Notes: generated by a model from the letters alone, not told the origin. 64,000 nucleotides of DNA from Rhynchobatus australiae (GCA_034780895.1 JAUZTB010000068.1:21215964-21279963); one strand, 5' to 3'; positions 13,310-26,738 are shown, counted from the first letter of the stretch. Numbers and translations: made by a program.

Positions 13310-14058
13310 CTATGGAGATATTAAAGTTCCAGTTATTAAAATATTCCTGCCCAATTTAGCTACTCTTAACAGATATATTTAAAGTAAGACTTGCTTTATC
13401 AAATAAATAACAGATCTTCAGTACCTCTAATGAGAAAAGGTAGAGAGACCATCTAATAGCTAGTCTCCTTTCATCGCCCAGCATTCCACTTTGGGTAGAA
13501 CACTGCCATCTCTATCAAATCACAATCTAAGTTGAACCATCATCTTTCATTGTTAACTTATCATCCTCCAACACATTGCTTAAAAAAAGCCACACAGTTC
13601 AGCATTAAAAGAAGCTATAGTCATCATTATTGGCTCTGTTGACTTGCACAGAACCTTACTCAATCACCTTCTTAATCTGAATTTTGGGATACCCTCCCAA
13701 TTCCTCAACTCCTTTATGAGCAAATGGATCTTCAGCCCCCCGGGCTCTTCCCCTCTCTTTTCGTTCATCTCTTAAAATCTCTAATAAGGAAGAATTTGGC
13801 CTTCAGTAATTTTGACACTGTGCAAGATCACCTGTTCTGTCCTGCTACTCACCGAGTGACAGAGGAGTGGACATGACGGCTACGCTGAGCTTTTACTGTT
13901 CCATGAAGGATATAAAACACAGATAAAAACTAACATGCTTTCTTAATTTAATGATATCAGCTAATAAATTTGTATTGGTTAAATACTGTGATAATATCAT
14001 GAACATTTTGCAAGCAGTTAATTCACTTGGTGTAATGAATATATAATTTTGCAATTAC

Positions 14059-14214
14059 GTGATGTTTAGCCAGTTCAATTTCGATGGCCTTTGGGTCTCC
14101 AGTGATTGGTCTTTGTCCATCCAGAAGCTCCTCTGTATGATTCAACCAGGTCATAAGTTCAGCCAATGCATGTTGAAACTGACCCAGTGCCAGCAGCGCA
14201 CCCTCCACCTTGTG
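14059..14214 (-). CDS. MACF1: MACF1 exon ([17 protein letters not shown]...ELAKHH), 156 nt
   Basis: cag|CAC and CAC|gtaatt. Confidence 0.93.
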
Positions 14215-15108
14215 CTGTGGAGAAAAAGCAAATTCATAATCATTCAGAATACACAAATGGGCAGAACAAATATTATATCATTTTCGCAGAAATATCTTCC
14301 AAAATACTGTGTTCAGATTGAGCCTATGAAGTATTTATCAAAGTAGAAAAAAATATATTGAGTGTAGATTACTCAAATGTATTTTGAAGGTCATTGTGCT
14401 TGTTGGCCAAACCAATATATTTTACAGTAACAGGGCATGGGCCAATGTTTATGGGCCAATCACAGTGACGAAGAAGTGACAGCCTGGCATTCACATTTGA
14501 CTGTGTTCACTTTCTATTAATTGCAGTGNNNNNNNNNNNNNGTTGTCAAAGAGCAGCTCATATACTTGTCTTTTGCATTTGTAGGCATATCAGACCAGAA
14601 TTTGAAATCAGCAATGAAGCAATAGATTCACTGATCTCAAAGTTCTTTACAAAGATCTATCCACCTTTGTGCTGAGAACTTCCTCATTTCCAAGTATCAG
14701 TTCAAAGGCATTCCTGGCTTTCAGCAGCTATGTTCTTGCTAAGATGATCCACATGCCAATCAAGTTAAAATTCTCACAAACTGCATGCTGGAAAGCAAGG
14801 AGCTCAATTTTTAAATTAACTTTTTAAAAAAGAAATTTTATTTTGAAACCTTGTAATCTGAGGCACTTAAGGGAACTACAATGCACATCTAAACAAAAAA
14901 TAATATTTTTTTAGGGTCAGAGAATTTGCTAAACAATAATTATTGATTAGTGTGCAATTAAAACCCATTCAGATCTCGTGCAACAAAGTGCAATGTAAAG
15001 TACCACAGTTTTGTAGGAGTTTGCGGCTCGTATGTTGGCAATGCATGTTGATGTTTAACATACGAGAAACAGCGGCTGGGGATTTGGTTATACTACGCCT
15101 TCTTGTAC

Positions 15109-15282
15109 CTGTCTGTTAATAATCTTCTCTCCCAGATCTTCCCAGAGATGTTGGAGCTCATTGAGTGGCTGTTGAATTATGTCTTGATCAGTCTCATCTG
15201 AGGCTCTCTTTAGTAGGAGCTCCCCCTGGTGGTTAAGTTTTTCCATCTCTATTTGCTGCTGGTACACCTCCATTTTAAATTC
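15109..15282 (-). CDS. MACF1: MACF1 exon (EFKMEVYQQQIEMEKL...IINRQ), 174 nt
   Basis: cag|GAA and CAG|gtacaa. Confidence 0.93.
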
Positions 15283-15644
15283 CTGTGGCATGCAGACATA
15301 GTGGGAACGTTACATGTCATCCACAAGGGTAAATCAATTTTATGCAGTGAAGAATGTAACAATTTTTAAATCATGATCAGATGACAGATTGTTTTTCCTT
15401 CCTACTTTTTTTCCACCAATATTTCCCCTTATTTTTTCTTAAGCTGTTCACATGATAGAAGTTGGTCACCCCTGTGGTAACCAGAACAAAGCCTTAAAGG
15501 CAAAATACCATATTATGCATGCTAGCTCGGACAGATTTATCACATGCTGCTGAAGTGAAGGAACTGGTCTTGGGAGCTTGATTCTGTATTTGCTGGAATT
15601 TTTGGCATTTTCTGAGAACCATCGAGCAATATAGTTCGGAAACA

Positions 15645-16600
15645 GGCCCTTTGGCCCAACTCGTCCTTGCCGACCAAGGTGCTGACCAAGCCAGTCCCAT
15701 TTGCCCATGTTTGGCCCATATCCCTCTGAACCTTTCCTATCCATTTACCCGTCCAAATGTGGTTTAAATGTTGTTGGTGAACCTGCCTCAACCACCTTCT
15801 CTGGCAGCTCATTCCTTAATCCCAACACCCTCTTGCATGAAGAAGTTGCCCCTTAGGTCCCTTTTAAATCTTTCACCTCTCACCCTAAACTTACGCCCTC
15901 TAGTTTTTAGTTTCCCCTTCAAAGAGAAAAAGACTGTGTATACACCCTATGCCCCTTGTGATTTTATACCCTTTGATAAGATTACCCTTCAATCTCCTAT
16001 GTTTCAATGAATAAAATCCTACCCTGCCCAACCTCTCCCGATAACTCAGTCCCTTGAGTCCGCAGCAACCCTGTAAATCTTCTCTGCACTCTTTCCAGGT
16101 TAAATGGTGTCTTTCCCGTAACAGGGTAACCAAAACTGTACACAATTCTTCAAGTGCGGATTCACCAACGTCTTGTACAACTGCAACATAATGTCATGAC
16201 TCCTACACCCATACCCTGACTGATGAAGGCTAGCATACCAAACGCCTTCTTCACCACCCTGTCTACCAGTTCTTCTGCTTTCAGCGAACAATGCACTTGT
16301 ACTCCTAGGTCCCACAACACTCCCTAGGGCATGATGATTCACTGTGCAATTCCGACCCTGGTCTGAATTCCCAAAATGCAACAGGTTACACTTACCAAAG
16401 CCACTTGTCAATCCTTGGCCCTCTTATTCAGCTGATCAAGATCCCCCTGTAACTTTTGATCATTTTCTTCACTATGATACCAATCATTTTAGTAACACCC
16501 ACAAACTTACTATCCGTGCCTTGTACATTCACATCCAAATCATTAATATAAATAATGAACAACAAAGGTCCCAGCACCGAACACAATGGGTGCAGGACCA
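15645..16600 (-). mobile_element. CR1 LINE, 5'-truncated and decayed
   Basis: RT motif SVLGPLLFIIYINDLD, LQLYKTLV-x-PHL-x-x-CVQFW, and a CR1 3' UTR ending in ggccaaagggcctgtttcc on the - strand. Confidence 0.9.
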
Positions 16601-16886
16601 ATAATAATGACACTGCTACTTCCTAAGTTGGCCAAAATCAGCACAAACCTGGCACTTTGTGGGTTCAGCTGTTCATTGCTAAATCAATTGAATCATTTAA
16701 CAAGTGATATTTGGTAGACATAATAAATACATTAATGGAATTTTCATTCTAAATGGAAACTGTTATGAAATGGTTGAAAAAAATTTACAGAAAAAGCAGA
16801 AGCAGAGAATTCCTAGCATTTTATCTTTTCATGCAGCTTTTCTAAAGATTTGGGTTCAATATTCTCCTCTTGCAAGATTTACCCAC

Positions 16887-16988
16887 CTTCATTTCATTTA
16901 TTTGTTGCTTGACAGTGCTGATATCTGTGCCAACTGGAGACATCTCACCCAGTTTTATTACCGTGTTATCCAGCCAGTCAAACATTGC
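16887..16988 (-). CDS. MACF1: MACF1 exon (AMFDWLDNTVIKL...INEMK), 102 nt
   Basis: tag|GCA and AAG|gtgggt; translated by hand. Confidence 0.92.
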
Positions 16989-17069
16989 CTAAAAAAGTCA
17001 CAATAAGCAGATTAGGAACCATAATGCCATATTTGCAAATAAATAGATTTTATGCAAAGCATTCCTTAC

Positions 17070-17171
17070 TTGCAATGCATCTTGGTATTGGACAGCTGCT
17101 TGCATGGCCTCTTCCAGTTTGTCCATTCGCTCCTTCCAAGTTTTGTTCAGGTTATCCCATGTATGATTGAG
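17070..17171 (-). CDS. MACF1: MACF1 exon ([15 protein letters not shown]...QYQDALQ), 102 nt
   Basis: tag|CTC and CAA|gtaagg; followed by an 81-nt intron. Confidence 0.92.
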
Positions 17172-18134
17172 CTAGATACAAAGTGAAATAATCTATAAGA
17201 ATGGTAACACTTATGGTGCTTTTAATGCAGCATAATATTCTAATGTGCATGAAACTGATCTGTGTAAAAAGATATTCAACCAGATGACCAAAATCTTGGT
17301 CAAAGAGCAAGCTTTTAAGGACCTTATTAATAGATGGGACAGAGTTGGGACAATGACATTTTGGAAGGAAAATTTAAAATTCAAAAAGGCCAGAACCAGA
17401 AGAGTGAAGAGATCTGTCAGTTGTCAGCCTACAAAGATAAGGATGTGCAACATTCTCTAAAAGCGACCTGCAGTATAAATATTTCCCATACTCAATCAAA
17501 CTCACTTATGCCTCGTTTACATTTTCCCCATAAAGCATTCAAAACCTGGTAGCAATGCATTGATTTTATCATGCTTTGTACAAATTGCATCCTGGTGGTC
17601 TAACAGCTAATAAATTGAGAACTCTCAGTTGAGATTTAATGATTAGTTGCACTTAAATATAACCCTATTTCATTAGGATTGCTATTGTGTACATTACAAC
17701 ATTCAGTCCACATCTCAAACTTCACTTAAAATGGATTTTTGATAAAACAAGAAGCAGCATATTGATTTTTCAAATGTGTTGCATTTTTGCCAAAAAAATA
17801 CTTTAAACGGAGTTTTCACATACTATAGAAGATCGAAAACACAATGTCAATTTAATTAAGTATTCTAGAATTAATGAAAGAANNNNNNNNNNNNNNNNNN
17901 NNNNNNNNNNNNNNNNNNNNNNNNNNNNNNNNNNNNNNNNNNNNNNNNNNNNNNNNNNNNNNNNNNNNNNNNNNNNNNNNNNATTCTAGAATTAATGAAA
18001 GAAGATATCAGCAGAATGGAACTGAGCACAAACATACAACATGTAGCGTAACATATTATGGTGTCTTCACTAGTACTTCTGTAAGAGGACTTGACTCGTG
18101 CTCCAACTATATAGAGCTCTGGTGAGAACATATC

Positions 18135-18610
18135 TGGAATACTGGATGAAGGTCTGGTGTTCCTACCCAAAGAAAGATATACCTACTATAAAGATAGTGC
18201 AATGAAGATTCACCAGATTGATTCTTGGGATGGCAAGAGATTAGGCCTATTCTCTTATGTTTAAGAGAACAAGAGATCTCATTGAAGCATGTAAAATCCT
18301 GACAGGACTTTGCATTGTTCCCTGGTTGGGGCGTTTAGAGCCAGAGGTCACCAGTACCAAAATAAAGATCCAAGTTGAAATTTCTTAACCCAGAGGGTGG
18401 GAATCTTTGGAATTCACTTCCTAAGAGGGCTGTGGAGGATCAGTCACTACTTATGCTCATGACAAATCAACACATTTTTTGATATTAAGGGACAAAAGAG
18501 ATAATGTGGTTACTTCGACATGGATTAAAAATAATCAACTGTGACCTTATCAAATGGTGGAGCAGGCAGAAAGGGCAGAATAGCCTACTCCTGATTCTTC
18601 TTATGTTACA
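18135..18610 (+). mobile_element. CR1 LINE 3' fragment
   Basis: Decayed Q-x-RFTRLI-x-GM and QRV-x-x-WNSLP motifs. Confidence 0.7.
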
Positions 18611-18832
18611 TTAGGATTTACTGCTTACAATGGAAAATTAATTTAACTATTCAATTGTTGAAATAATGAACATAAAACAATACAGCACAATACAGGCCCT
18701 TCGGCCCACCATGTTGTGCCGCTTAATGAGCTGATATACTTTCGTCCTTTCTTAACCTGGTCTTTTAAACATGATTCAGCACATTCAATATCATACATTA
18801 TTAATTATTTATTAGTTCTATTAATATTTCAC

Positions 18833-18955
18833 CTCATCTATACTTTTTTTCACTTCAGGTTTTTCTAATTCTCCACAGGCAAAGATGAGGTCTGCTCCCA
18901 AGATTCGCACAAATTCCAGTTCCTCATGAAGTCCATCCGTCTCCTCTTTAATTGT
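18833..18955 (-). CDS. MACF1: MACF1 exon ([15 protein letters not shown]...KSIDE), 123 nt
   Basis: cag|ACA and GAG|gtgaaa. Confidence 0.92.
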
Positions 18956-19160
18956 CTGATATCAACAGATATTCACAAAATCATTAACAATTAACTGTGT
19001 TAAGCACATTACTATTTAATGTCTCAGAAAATCAACTGTTTTATGGGATATAAACAAGACAAATACAGTAAATAAATAGTTGGAACATGCTTAGTATTAG
19101 TCATAGCTCATATATCAAAATTGTACTGTAATGTTTTCTGTGGGAGAACCATATCCATAC

Positions 19161-19387
19161 CTCTGCAGCCTCCTGCTGTTGTTTAATAATTGAAGGATCA
19201 ATACCGGGACTCTCCAGGTCGCGCACTATTTCCTGCGTGTCCTTAATAGTAGTCATCAGGGCAGCCATATCATACCAGAACTTTTCAGCGAGGTCAAGTA
19301 CATCGAGAAGCTTAATATCCCTCTCTTCACCACGCGCTTTGATATCTTCCCAGTAAAATACCATCTGGTCCAACTTGTCCTGAATAG
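19161..19387 (-). CDS. MACF1: MACF1 exon ([14 protein letters not shown]...QQEAAE), 227 nt
   Basis: tag|CT (phase 1) and GAG|gtatgg; FWYDMAAL matches MACF1 as recalled. Confidence 0.93.
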
Positions 19388-19504
19388 CTAATGTGTTATA
19401 AATGGGAAAAAAAATAGTTAACATTTTTAAAATGGCATTTCTGCTCCCAGGGGTAACTGCATTAAACACAACCAAACTTTAAAAAAAACTGTTATCTAAC
19501 AACT

Positions 19505-19655
19505 GAGATAAAAATAGAAAATGCTGGAAACAGTCAGCAGATAAGGCAGCATCTGTAAACATTAGGTCTGTTTCTCTTTCCACAGGTGCTGCCTGATCTG
19601 CTGACTGTTTACAGCATTTTCTACTTTTATTTCAGATTTCTTGCATTGGCAGTTT
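19505..19655. mobile_element. Palindromic Penelope-type/MITE-like remnant
   Basis: Long inverted arms: tagaaaatgctggaaacagtcagcagat and atctgctgactgtttacagcattttcta. Confidence 0.65.
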
Positions 19656-20764
19656 TAAAAATTTTATATAGAACAACTGGGAATTGTTTGCTAATGCTGA
19701 TTTTGCAGTACCCCACCCAATTTAGGTCACTCATCAGCTGAATGAGAACAAAACACAAATGTTTTAAGTAAAGCTCTGTTAAATCTGCCACACAAGGAAA
19801 TTTGGTGCTCCTGCACTGGCAGATTTTCTCAACTATTGGATGTTATTTCCATTGATACTCCAACACTCTTTTAATTTAAAAAGAGATTGTTATNNNNNNN
19901 NNNNNNNNNNNNNNNNNNNNNNNNNNNNNNNNNNNNNNNNNNNNNNNNNNNNNNNNNNNNNNNNNNNNNNNNNNNNNNNNNNNNNNNNNNNNNCCAACAC
20001 TCTTGTAATTTAAAAAGAGATTGTTATGCAGCAGTGCAAAAGTTTCCCAGCGAACCCGATGAGCTTAAAGGAGGTGTGGGAATTGGGGCTCTGGTGCGTA
20101 CAAAAGGGGCGTGGGAACCGGGGCCCTGTGTGTACAAAGGGGGTGCAGGAACCCTGGGTGGGACTTGTTTGGTTCCATTCCAGTTGTATGCAGTGAATCA
20201 CTTGCAAAGACTTGCCTTTCCACATTTGCAATATCCCTGGGGTCACCCATATTCTTAGTCCCATCCTGATTCTCTTTCACATGCCCCTTCCCAATATCAT
20301 TTGAACAGAATGTCACTTTCAACATGTGTGCCAATGACAGCCAAATTACTTCACCACCATCTCCAGCAAGTGGTTAGCCTCTTTAACTGATATCTAGAAT
20401 TGAATATATTGACATTTCCTTCAACTAAAAATTATGAAGACCCAAGTTATTGCTTCTGATCCTGATTCCAAATTCTGTTCACACTCACTGGAGTCGGCTC
20501 CACTGGAACCAGACTGTCTGAAAACTTGGGTCTCATGGAAAAAACGTTAAGGTACTTTTTACTTTGGCTTTAACATATACAGAACAGATTGAGCAATTTG
20601 GACCCAATATTCCTGAGAACATTATAAGCTGTTAATTCAAAATCTAGAAGTTGGGTCATTTATCTTCATCAGGTCAGTGATGCATGGAGTAAGAGCAGCC
20701 TTATCAATAGTGAATAGACATCTAATTTACAAACACATCTGGAAATGAACACAAAATTCAATAC

Positions 20765-20996
20765 CTTTGGCTGCAGGATCCTCTTCTGCTCCAGATGACC
20801 GACTGATCAGTTCCTCACCACGGCGTTTAAGAGCTTCAAAAGATGGCTGGAGTTTTTCAAGCTCCATTGCAATATTTTTATTCTCGTTGATGTGCTCTCG
20901 GATCTTTTCAACCTCAGCTGGTATCGAAGGAGGCATCCGCATCCGGTCAGCAATGTGTTCCAGGGACTCTAGCATTGGATCAATCTTATCATGAAA
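20765..20996 (-). CDS. MACF1: MACF1 exon ([13 protein letters not shown]...DPAAK), 232 nt
   Basis: tag|TTT and AAG|gtattg; ends in phase 1, matching the next exon. Confidence 0.93.
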
Positions 20997-22875
20997 CTAA
21001 ACAAACCAAAAACACAAGTTGTTGGTTTTGCCTTAGGATTTTCTCAGAATTCCCATTTATTTTGAAAGGTCTAATTTCTAATTAAGCATTAAACAATCTC
21101 ATTTTACAGTGCATCTTCAGAAAAATACACAAGCAGATTATGCAGGTAAATTCTGGCCGTTCTGCAAGATTTTCCCCACATAAGTTGCAGTAAGTTTAGG
21201 GTTTGCGAATATACACACATGAATGCAGAAATGCTGAAATTACTGGCACTTATTCATCAGGGAATCTAAAGCTATTCTCTGTGGCTTGACCCCTGACCCA
21301 CTGCAAGAACAGCCTTTGCTTTTATTTGAAAAGAGATGAATAGCTGCAAGGAACTAAGTTTTACTTCATTTATAATCTTTGAATCGTTTTAGTTCAATTA
21401 ATTGTTTTTAAACTGCTTAAGTGAAGTTAACTCTTTAGATTCCTTTAACATTTTCATTTATTTTCAAACTACTAAGAAAATGAAAAGCTTTGGAATGTTT
21501 GTGAATGCTTACATTCAGAAACATACAAGGTCATGGTTTAGCCAGTTGTCAATGTTTTTTATTCCACAGATTTTTCATAGGAAGAGCTTGTACTGCAGGC
21601 CTTCCCATGAGATAGATTTATGCTTGGGAGATTCCACTGGACTTTGCTGTTGATGTTGGAGTCACCTGTCGCCAGCAACTTGCCCTCAGAAGATCTGCAA
21701 TGCCTTATCATTAGTCAGTGCTAAGTGGCTGGCATATTGTTATCTGCAAAGCCTGGGCCTACAGAGAATTCATATAAAGTCTGTTTTGNNNNNNNNNNNN
21801 NNNNNNNNNNNNNNNNNNNNNNNNTCCACCTTTTCTGGACAAAACTAATTCAACAAGACTTTGTGCTTGATTGACCAGTCAAAAACTAAATAAATCCATT
21901 GGGTTAAAAAAGACAAGTGCTAGATTTTTTTTGCTTTACACCTAAACATTCCACAAAATTAAAACTAGGGAATTGAATCTCATATGTTGCTTGTCATTTT
22001 AAGAGACCTTTTCTGTATATTGATATTGTACGAGCAGTAGGACAAGCAATCGATACACCTTAGTTGACCGAAGTTAGACCATTGTCAAATCACAGGTGAT
22101 AAGGGAGCCATGAAAGGACCTTTAAATATGTATACTATTTTGAACACAAACTTAGCTCAGGAAAAAAAAATGTGTGTTTATAATAACTCAGCCTTGAAAT
22201 GTTTTCTTTCACCCTGAGATCCAGATTCAAATTAAATCCATATGTTTGGGAAAAGCTTTACTTTCTCGTGTCACCAAGAAGGTCCTAATCTAAATCAATC
22301 CGAGTAGATCTTAATGAAGTTAGAATCAGATAAGAGCCCAGAACCCAACAACAATTAAGCAATCACATCTCAAAAGTCAACAAGCATGAGAAGTGAAAAT
22401 GAAATCTTTATTCTATTCCACAGACAGCTTTTTTTGAAGTTGGACTCAAACCCATGCTAAGTGTTGTTAAGACAGGCATTTCCACCTAATCTGGGCACTC
22501 CAATGGAATTATACATCCAAAAATAGTCTAGATAATGACAAAAAAAATCACTGAGTATTAAAAATGATGCAAATTCATTTTAACGAGAATGCCCCTTCTT
22601 GAGTTCAGTACTACAGAAGAAATAGCTCAAATTCTGAAGTCCAAAGCAGCCCATTATTTTGTAACATTTAACAAAGTTGAATCCAAAATTATTTATTAAA
22701 TAATAAGTATCCTATTTAGGATAAATTAAACTATAACATGTACTGGCTTTGTTCTTTATCTCCAGCAAAGCTATTTGGCAACCAGCTTTAGTGAATGACA
22801 TACCCAAATAGAAAATAGAACAAGAAAGCAACCCTTATGTGCAGCAGTAGCAAGTGTGCAAGGAGTTCTGCTTAC

Positions 22876-22884
22876 CTCAGCAAA
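22876..22884 (-). CDS. MACF1: MACF1 9-nt microexon encoding FAE
   Basis: cattag|TTTGCTGAG|gtaagc; phase 0/0; located where I recall human MACF1 having an alternative 3-aa insert (SQSTQ-ITE-FHDK). Confidence 0.75.
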
Positions 22885-23683
22885 CTAATGAGTGGATGTG
22901 ATGAACACAACAATTAAACACAACGTAGCAGGACGTGTCGGCAAATAAATATTTAATTCCACGAGGTGGGCGGAATGGAAAACAAATGACATGTTAGTAT
23001 GAGAAAACTGTGAAGGGATAACATACGGGAGTGTCTTAAACAGGACAAACATGGAATGAATACAATTTACAAACATGACTAATGTTATGTTGTAGTGTTT
23101 CTGTACATCTAGAAAGTAGGATGCCTTTTATTCTACTGGATTGGCTGGCTTCCTCAATTTTGCTTTCACAGCATTAATAACTAGATAGAACAACAAGTCA
23201 AACTATGCGTAACTTTATTAAATACTCCATTGCTGGAAGGATTAAGCAAATATCAATAGCTATTATAAAATTATATAAAGATGTCTTCAACTGAAGGAAA
23301 GCAAATGGATACCCAATCCATAGGAAGTATATGAAAGTATGATGGGGCTTGCAAAGGAAATTGACTTTATTACATATTCGGTTGATAATTCCAAATACCT
23401 CAAGCCTGCTGCCTGGTGAGTTTGTCATTCACTGCTCATCTGCTCCTGTTACTTAATTACTGTCTATGATGGTTGTAAAATCAATGACAAAGGAGCATAA
23501 GCTCAAGAATGCACCACTCATTTTTCAAGAGCACTGATGTTGAACAATGATATACCTATAATTATGGGCAGCAGAAATTATAGTAGGTTGAGGCAGCAAT
23601 GGGAAGCTAACACACAAGATTCCTTTTGGACAAACAACCATTAAAAACTCAATTATATGCAGCACTCTTTAAATGGAAAGTAC

Positions 23684-23887
23684 CTGAGCAGACTGTGAAA
23701 TTGCTTCATCCAATGCCAAAGCTCTCTCTCGTGCATCGTGTTTTATTTTAGCATAGAGTGCTTCAGCCGTGGTATGTTTCTCATGAACCATTCTGCCCTC
23801 ATCTGGATTCAATACCATCAACTGAGGCCCAATCTTCATTAGCTTATCAATGTGAGGCTTGTGCTCAGAGATTGACTCACGGAGTTG
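23684..23887 (-). CDS. MACF1: MACF1 exon (QLRESISEHKPHIDKL...ISQSAQ), 204 nt
   Basis: cag|CAA and CAG|gtactt. Confidence 0.92.
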
Positions 23888-24564
23888 CTGTTGTAAAATA
23901 ATGTATAGGTCTTAAATTCTGAAAGCATCTTGATTCCGGAAGCAATACATTCTGATCTAAGATTATCACATAATAAAAAAGGACTAAAGAGCAAGTTTGG
24001 GTGTCTGGCACTCTCAATATGTGCTATAATCAAAGGGAATTTGAGTCAGAACATGACTACAATATTGCTATGCTCCACCATGGATCAGCTTCAAGTATAG
24101 ATGTCTGTTAAGATCACAAAATCCTTTTTTTTATAATTTTATATGAACATGATACAGCATGTTACTCATATTTTGTACAACATAAACTTGATTAATGAGC
24201 CAGAAATTACAACTTCATAACCAGAAATGTTATACCTCTTCCAAAATATTATTTCAGTCTTCTTCTTTATTGGTTAAAAAGAACAGCACGTACAATGGAT
24301 AAGCACAAACAACAAACTTAGACCCCATCACCTTTTGCCATTTTCTCAATCCCACAAAAGATGCAAGATATCTTTTAGTCACATGTACATTGAAACACAC
24401 AGTGAAATACATCTTTTGCNNNNNNNNNNNNNNNNNNNNNNNNNNNNNNNNNNNNNNNNNNNNNNNNNNNNNNNNNNNNNNNNNNNNNNNNNNNNNNNNN
24501 NNNNNNNNNNNNNNNNNNNTCACATGTACATTGAAACACACAGTGAAATACATCTTTTGCATAG

Positions 24565-24788
24565 AGTGTTCTGGGGGCAGCCCACAAGTGTCGCCACGCT
24601 TCTGGCGCCAACATAGCATGACCACAACTTCTTAACCCGTACGTCTTTGGAATGTGGGAGGAAACTGGAGCACCCGGAGGAAATCCACACAGACACTGGG
24701 AGAACGTACAAACTCTAAGGCGTCCGGAATTGAACCTGGGTCACTGGTGCTGTAAAGTGTTAGGCTAACCGCTACACTACTGTGCTGC
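24565..24788 (-). mobile_element. tRNA-derived V-domain SINE
   Basis: On the - strand: A-box-like tagtgtagcgg, B-box ggttcaattcc, and V-core gtttgtacgttctccc...tttcctccgggtgctccagtttcctcccacattccaaagac. Confidence 0.8.
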
Positions 24789-24891
24789 ATGGTCTACTGG
24801 TGGCAGAAGAGAACCTGGGTAGCTGATCCATACCAGAATATGCATACACAACAGGTCTTTAAGTGAACGGTCTAACCGATGTTGCTCTTAC

Positions 24892-25110
24892 CCTCATTTC
24901 TTCCTGTTGTTGTTTCAAGATCTCATGGTCAACTGCTGGTGGTGGGAGCTGCATAATCAGAGTTCTGGTCTCATCAAGCCATGGACATAGCTCTTCATAG
25001 GTTTCCCAAAACTGGTTAATCAAGACTTGAGCCCTCTCCAATTGGGAGTACCTTTCAGTGTTCATATGACTGACCATCTCATATTGCTGCTGCAATAAGT
25101 CCATCTTCTC
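24892..25110 (-). CDS. MACF1: MACF1 exon (EKMDLLQQQYE...QQEEMR), 219 nt
   Basis: tag|GAG and AGG|gtaaga. Confidence 0.93.
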
Positions 25111-25437
25111 CTATGAGTAAGAGTGCATGGACATATGCATTTGAATCTTGGCATTGTCATTAAATTCATGATAAAAGTATCAGACTAAAAAATAATTTGG
25201 TTTGTGTTATAACTTAACAGCAAAATATCACTTCAGAACCATGACAAATCTTTCCTCAATGTTAATATTTCTGTTTATTGAGGTTTTTGTATTATGGTCT
25301 GCAAATAATAATTTTACAGATGGAAAATACACAAATTCACAACTTCCAAGACCACCCATTGAGCTTATATATTTGTTTAGTTTGCAATACCCACTCTAGA
25401 GTCATGGTAGAATACTTCAGAAATACAAAAACAATAC

Positions 25438-25545
25438 CTGCAGTGCGGTCTTTTGTTCATCTCCACAGGTACTAAGAATTTCATCTTGTGTGTTTATCAG
25501 CTCATCTATAGAATCCTTGTGCCGTATGATGTCAATTGAAAAGGC
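25438..25545 (-). CDS. MACF1: MACF1 exon (AFSIDIIRHKDS...KTALQ), 108 nt
   Basis: cag|GCC and CAG|gtattg. Confidence 0.92.
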
Positions 25546-26618
25546 CTGAAGGCAACAAAGAAAATTTCTTTAAATGAGAAATTGGTAACCCTGATACAAG
25601 ATCCCCAGTGCCAGAAACTGCTAATTTTAGTTTTGTTTTCTTAACATGATGGCGAAACAAAGTAATGGAAGCCTGGATCCTAGTTAGATTCATTAAAACA
25701 AGTCAAGAGTTTAGGACAGCCGATTGTTATCTGTCATGCAAATGGAATGTTTGCAAATTGTAGAGTCAGTTGCTTATTTGGTCCATCAGGGGATATAGAC
25801 TGGCTCCCCTCCTGTGATTATATTTTGGGAACGCTGCAACTATCTGCATATTTAAAATAAACCAGGCTTCAGTCCTTTATGCAAGGGCTATTGAGAAGGG
25901 GATACAAGCATCCCATCTGGATTTGACTGTGTAAAACAATTTGAGCATAAACTTTTGATGAACTCAGTTTGTCAGCAGCCAAAGGGTAAAAGCAGTCAAC
26001 AACCAGCCCAGAGAGCAATATTAATGCACAATGGAACATTATGGAGGAATAAAGAGAAAAATGGTAAATCATCTTAAATCTGATAACAGATATATCCTCA
26101 AATACTGAGCACAATGATTATGGAAATTTAAATTTCACCCGCCATAATCCAGATTCAGTAATCTACAATTTAAAACAGACACAGATGTTCACTAATGGAA
26201 AGTAGCCTCACTGTCCATTACAGAATTCAGATTAAACTGAAATAGAAGACAGTCTCTGAGAATGTGTTCCTTTTAACCCCATCTCATTCCTTAAAGCATG
26301 CAAAGGAATAACCACCATTATCTTCAAGCTGTGAATGAAATGAAAGGAATTAAACTGTATTAGCAGTAATATTTGCTTTTTTACTTTTTTGTTAGTATTA
26401 ATGTTTCCAAAGCGTTTATTTCGTTTTGCTCAGGGCTTTGTGAGATTACTTATAATTCTGGCTTTTGACTGAAAGCCAATAATATAATGATAGCTTCTTG
26501 TCAGAGGGTTTTATTTTATTGGTCATGCAGTGAATAAAATGTTCTATATGTAGTAAAGCACAATATTTGTTTGAAAGATTGTCAGATACAAGGATTCCAT
26601 CACACCGTATATTCCTAC

Positions 26619-26738
26619 CTTCTGCACCTGTAGCTGAGCTGTTGTCTGATCTTGTTCCAGCCTTATTGGACCCAAGGCTGTTAACTTTCGCACAGTTTCT
26701 GCCACCCAGGTAAGCTCGGAGTCAGTGGCTTGCTCATA
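26619..26738 (-). CDS. MACF1: MACF1 exon (YEQATDSELTWV...AQLQVQK), 120 nt
   Basis: tag|TAT and AAG|gtagga. Confidence 0.92.

Noticed and set aside
16989-17069. Very short 81-nt intron
   Set aside because: Canonical GT-AG and within the normal vertebrate minimal-intron range.
17862-18003. 21-nt direct repeat flanking a 100-N gap
   Set aside because: Typical unmerged contig overlap.
19860-20027. 34-nt direct repeat (one mismatch) flanking a 100-N gap
   Set aside because: Most likely two haplotypes left unmerged by the assembler.
24379-24560. 41-nt direct repeat flanking a 100-N gap, superficially like repeat-spacer-repeat
   Set aside because: Assembly overlap artefact; not a CRISPR array.
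24720-24788. tRNA-like A and B boxes
   Set aside because: They are the head of a SINE; no complete cloverleaf.
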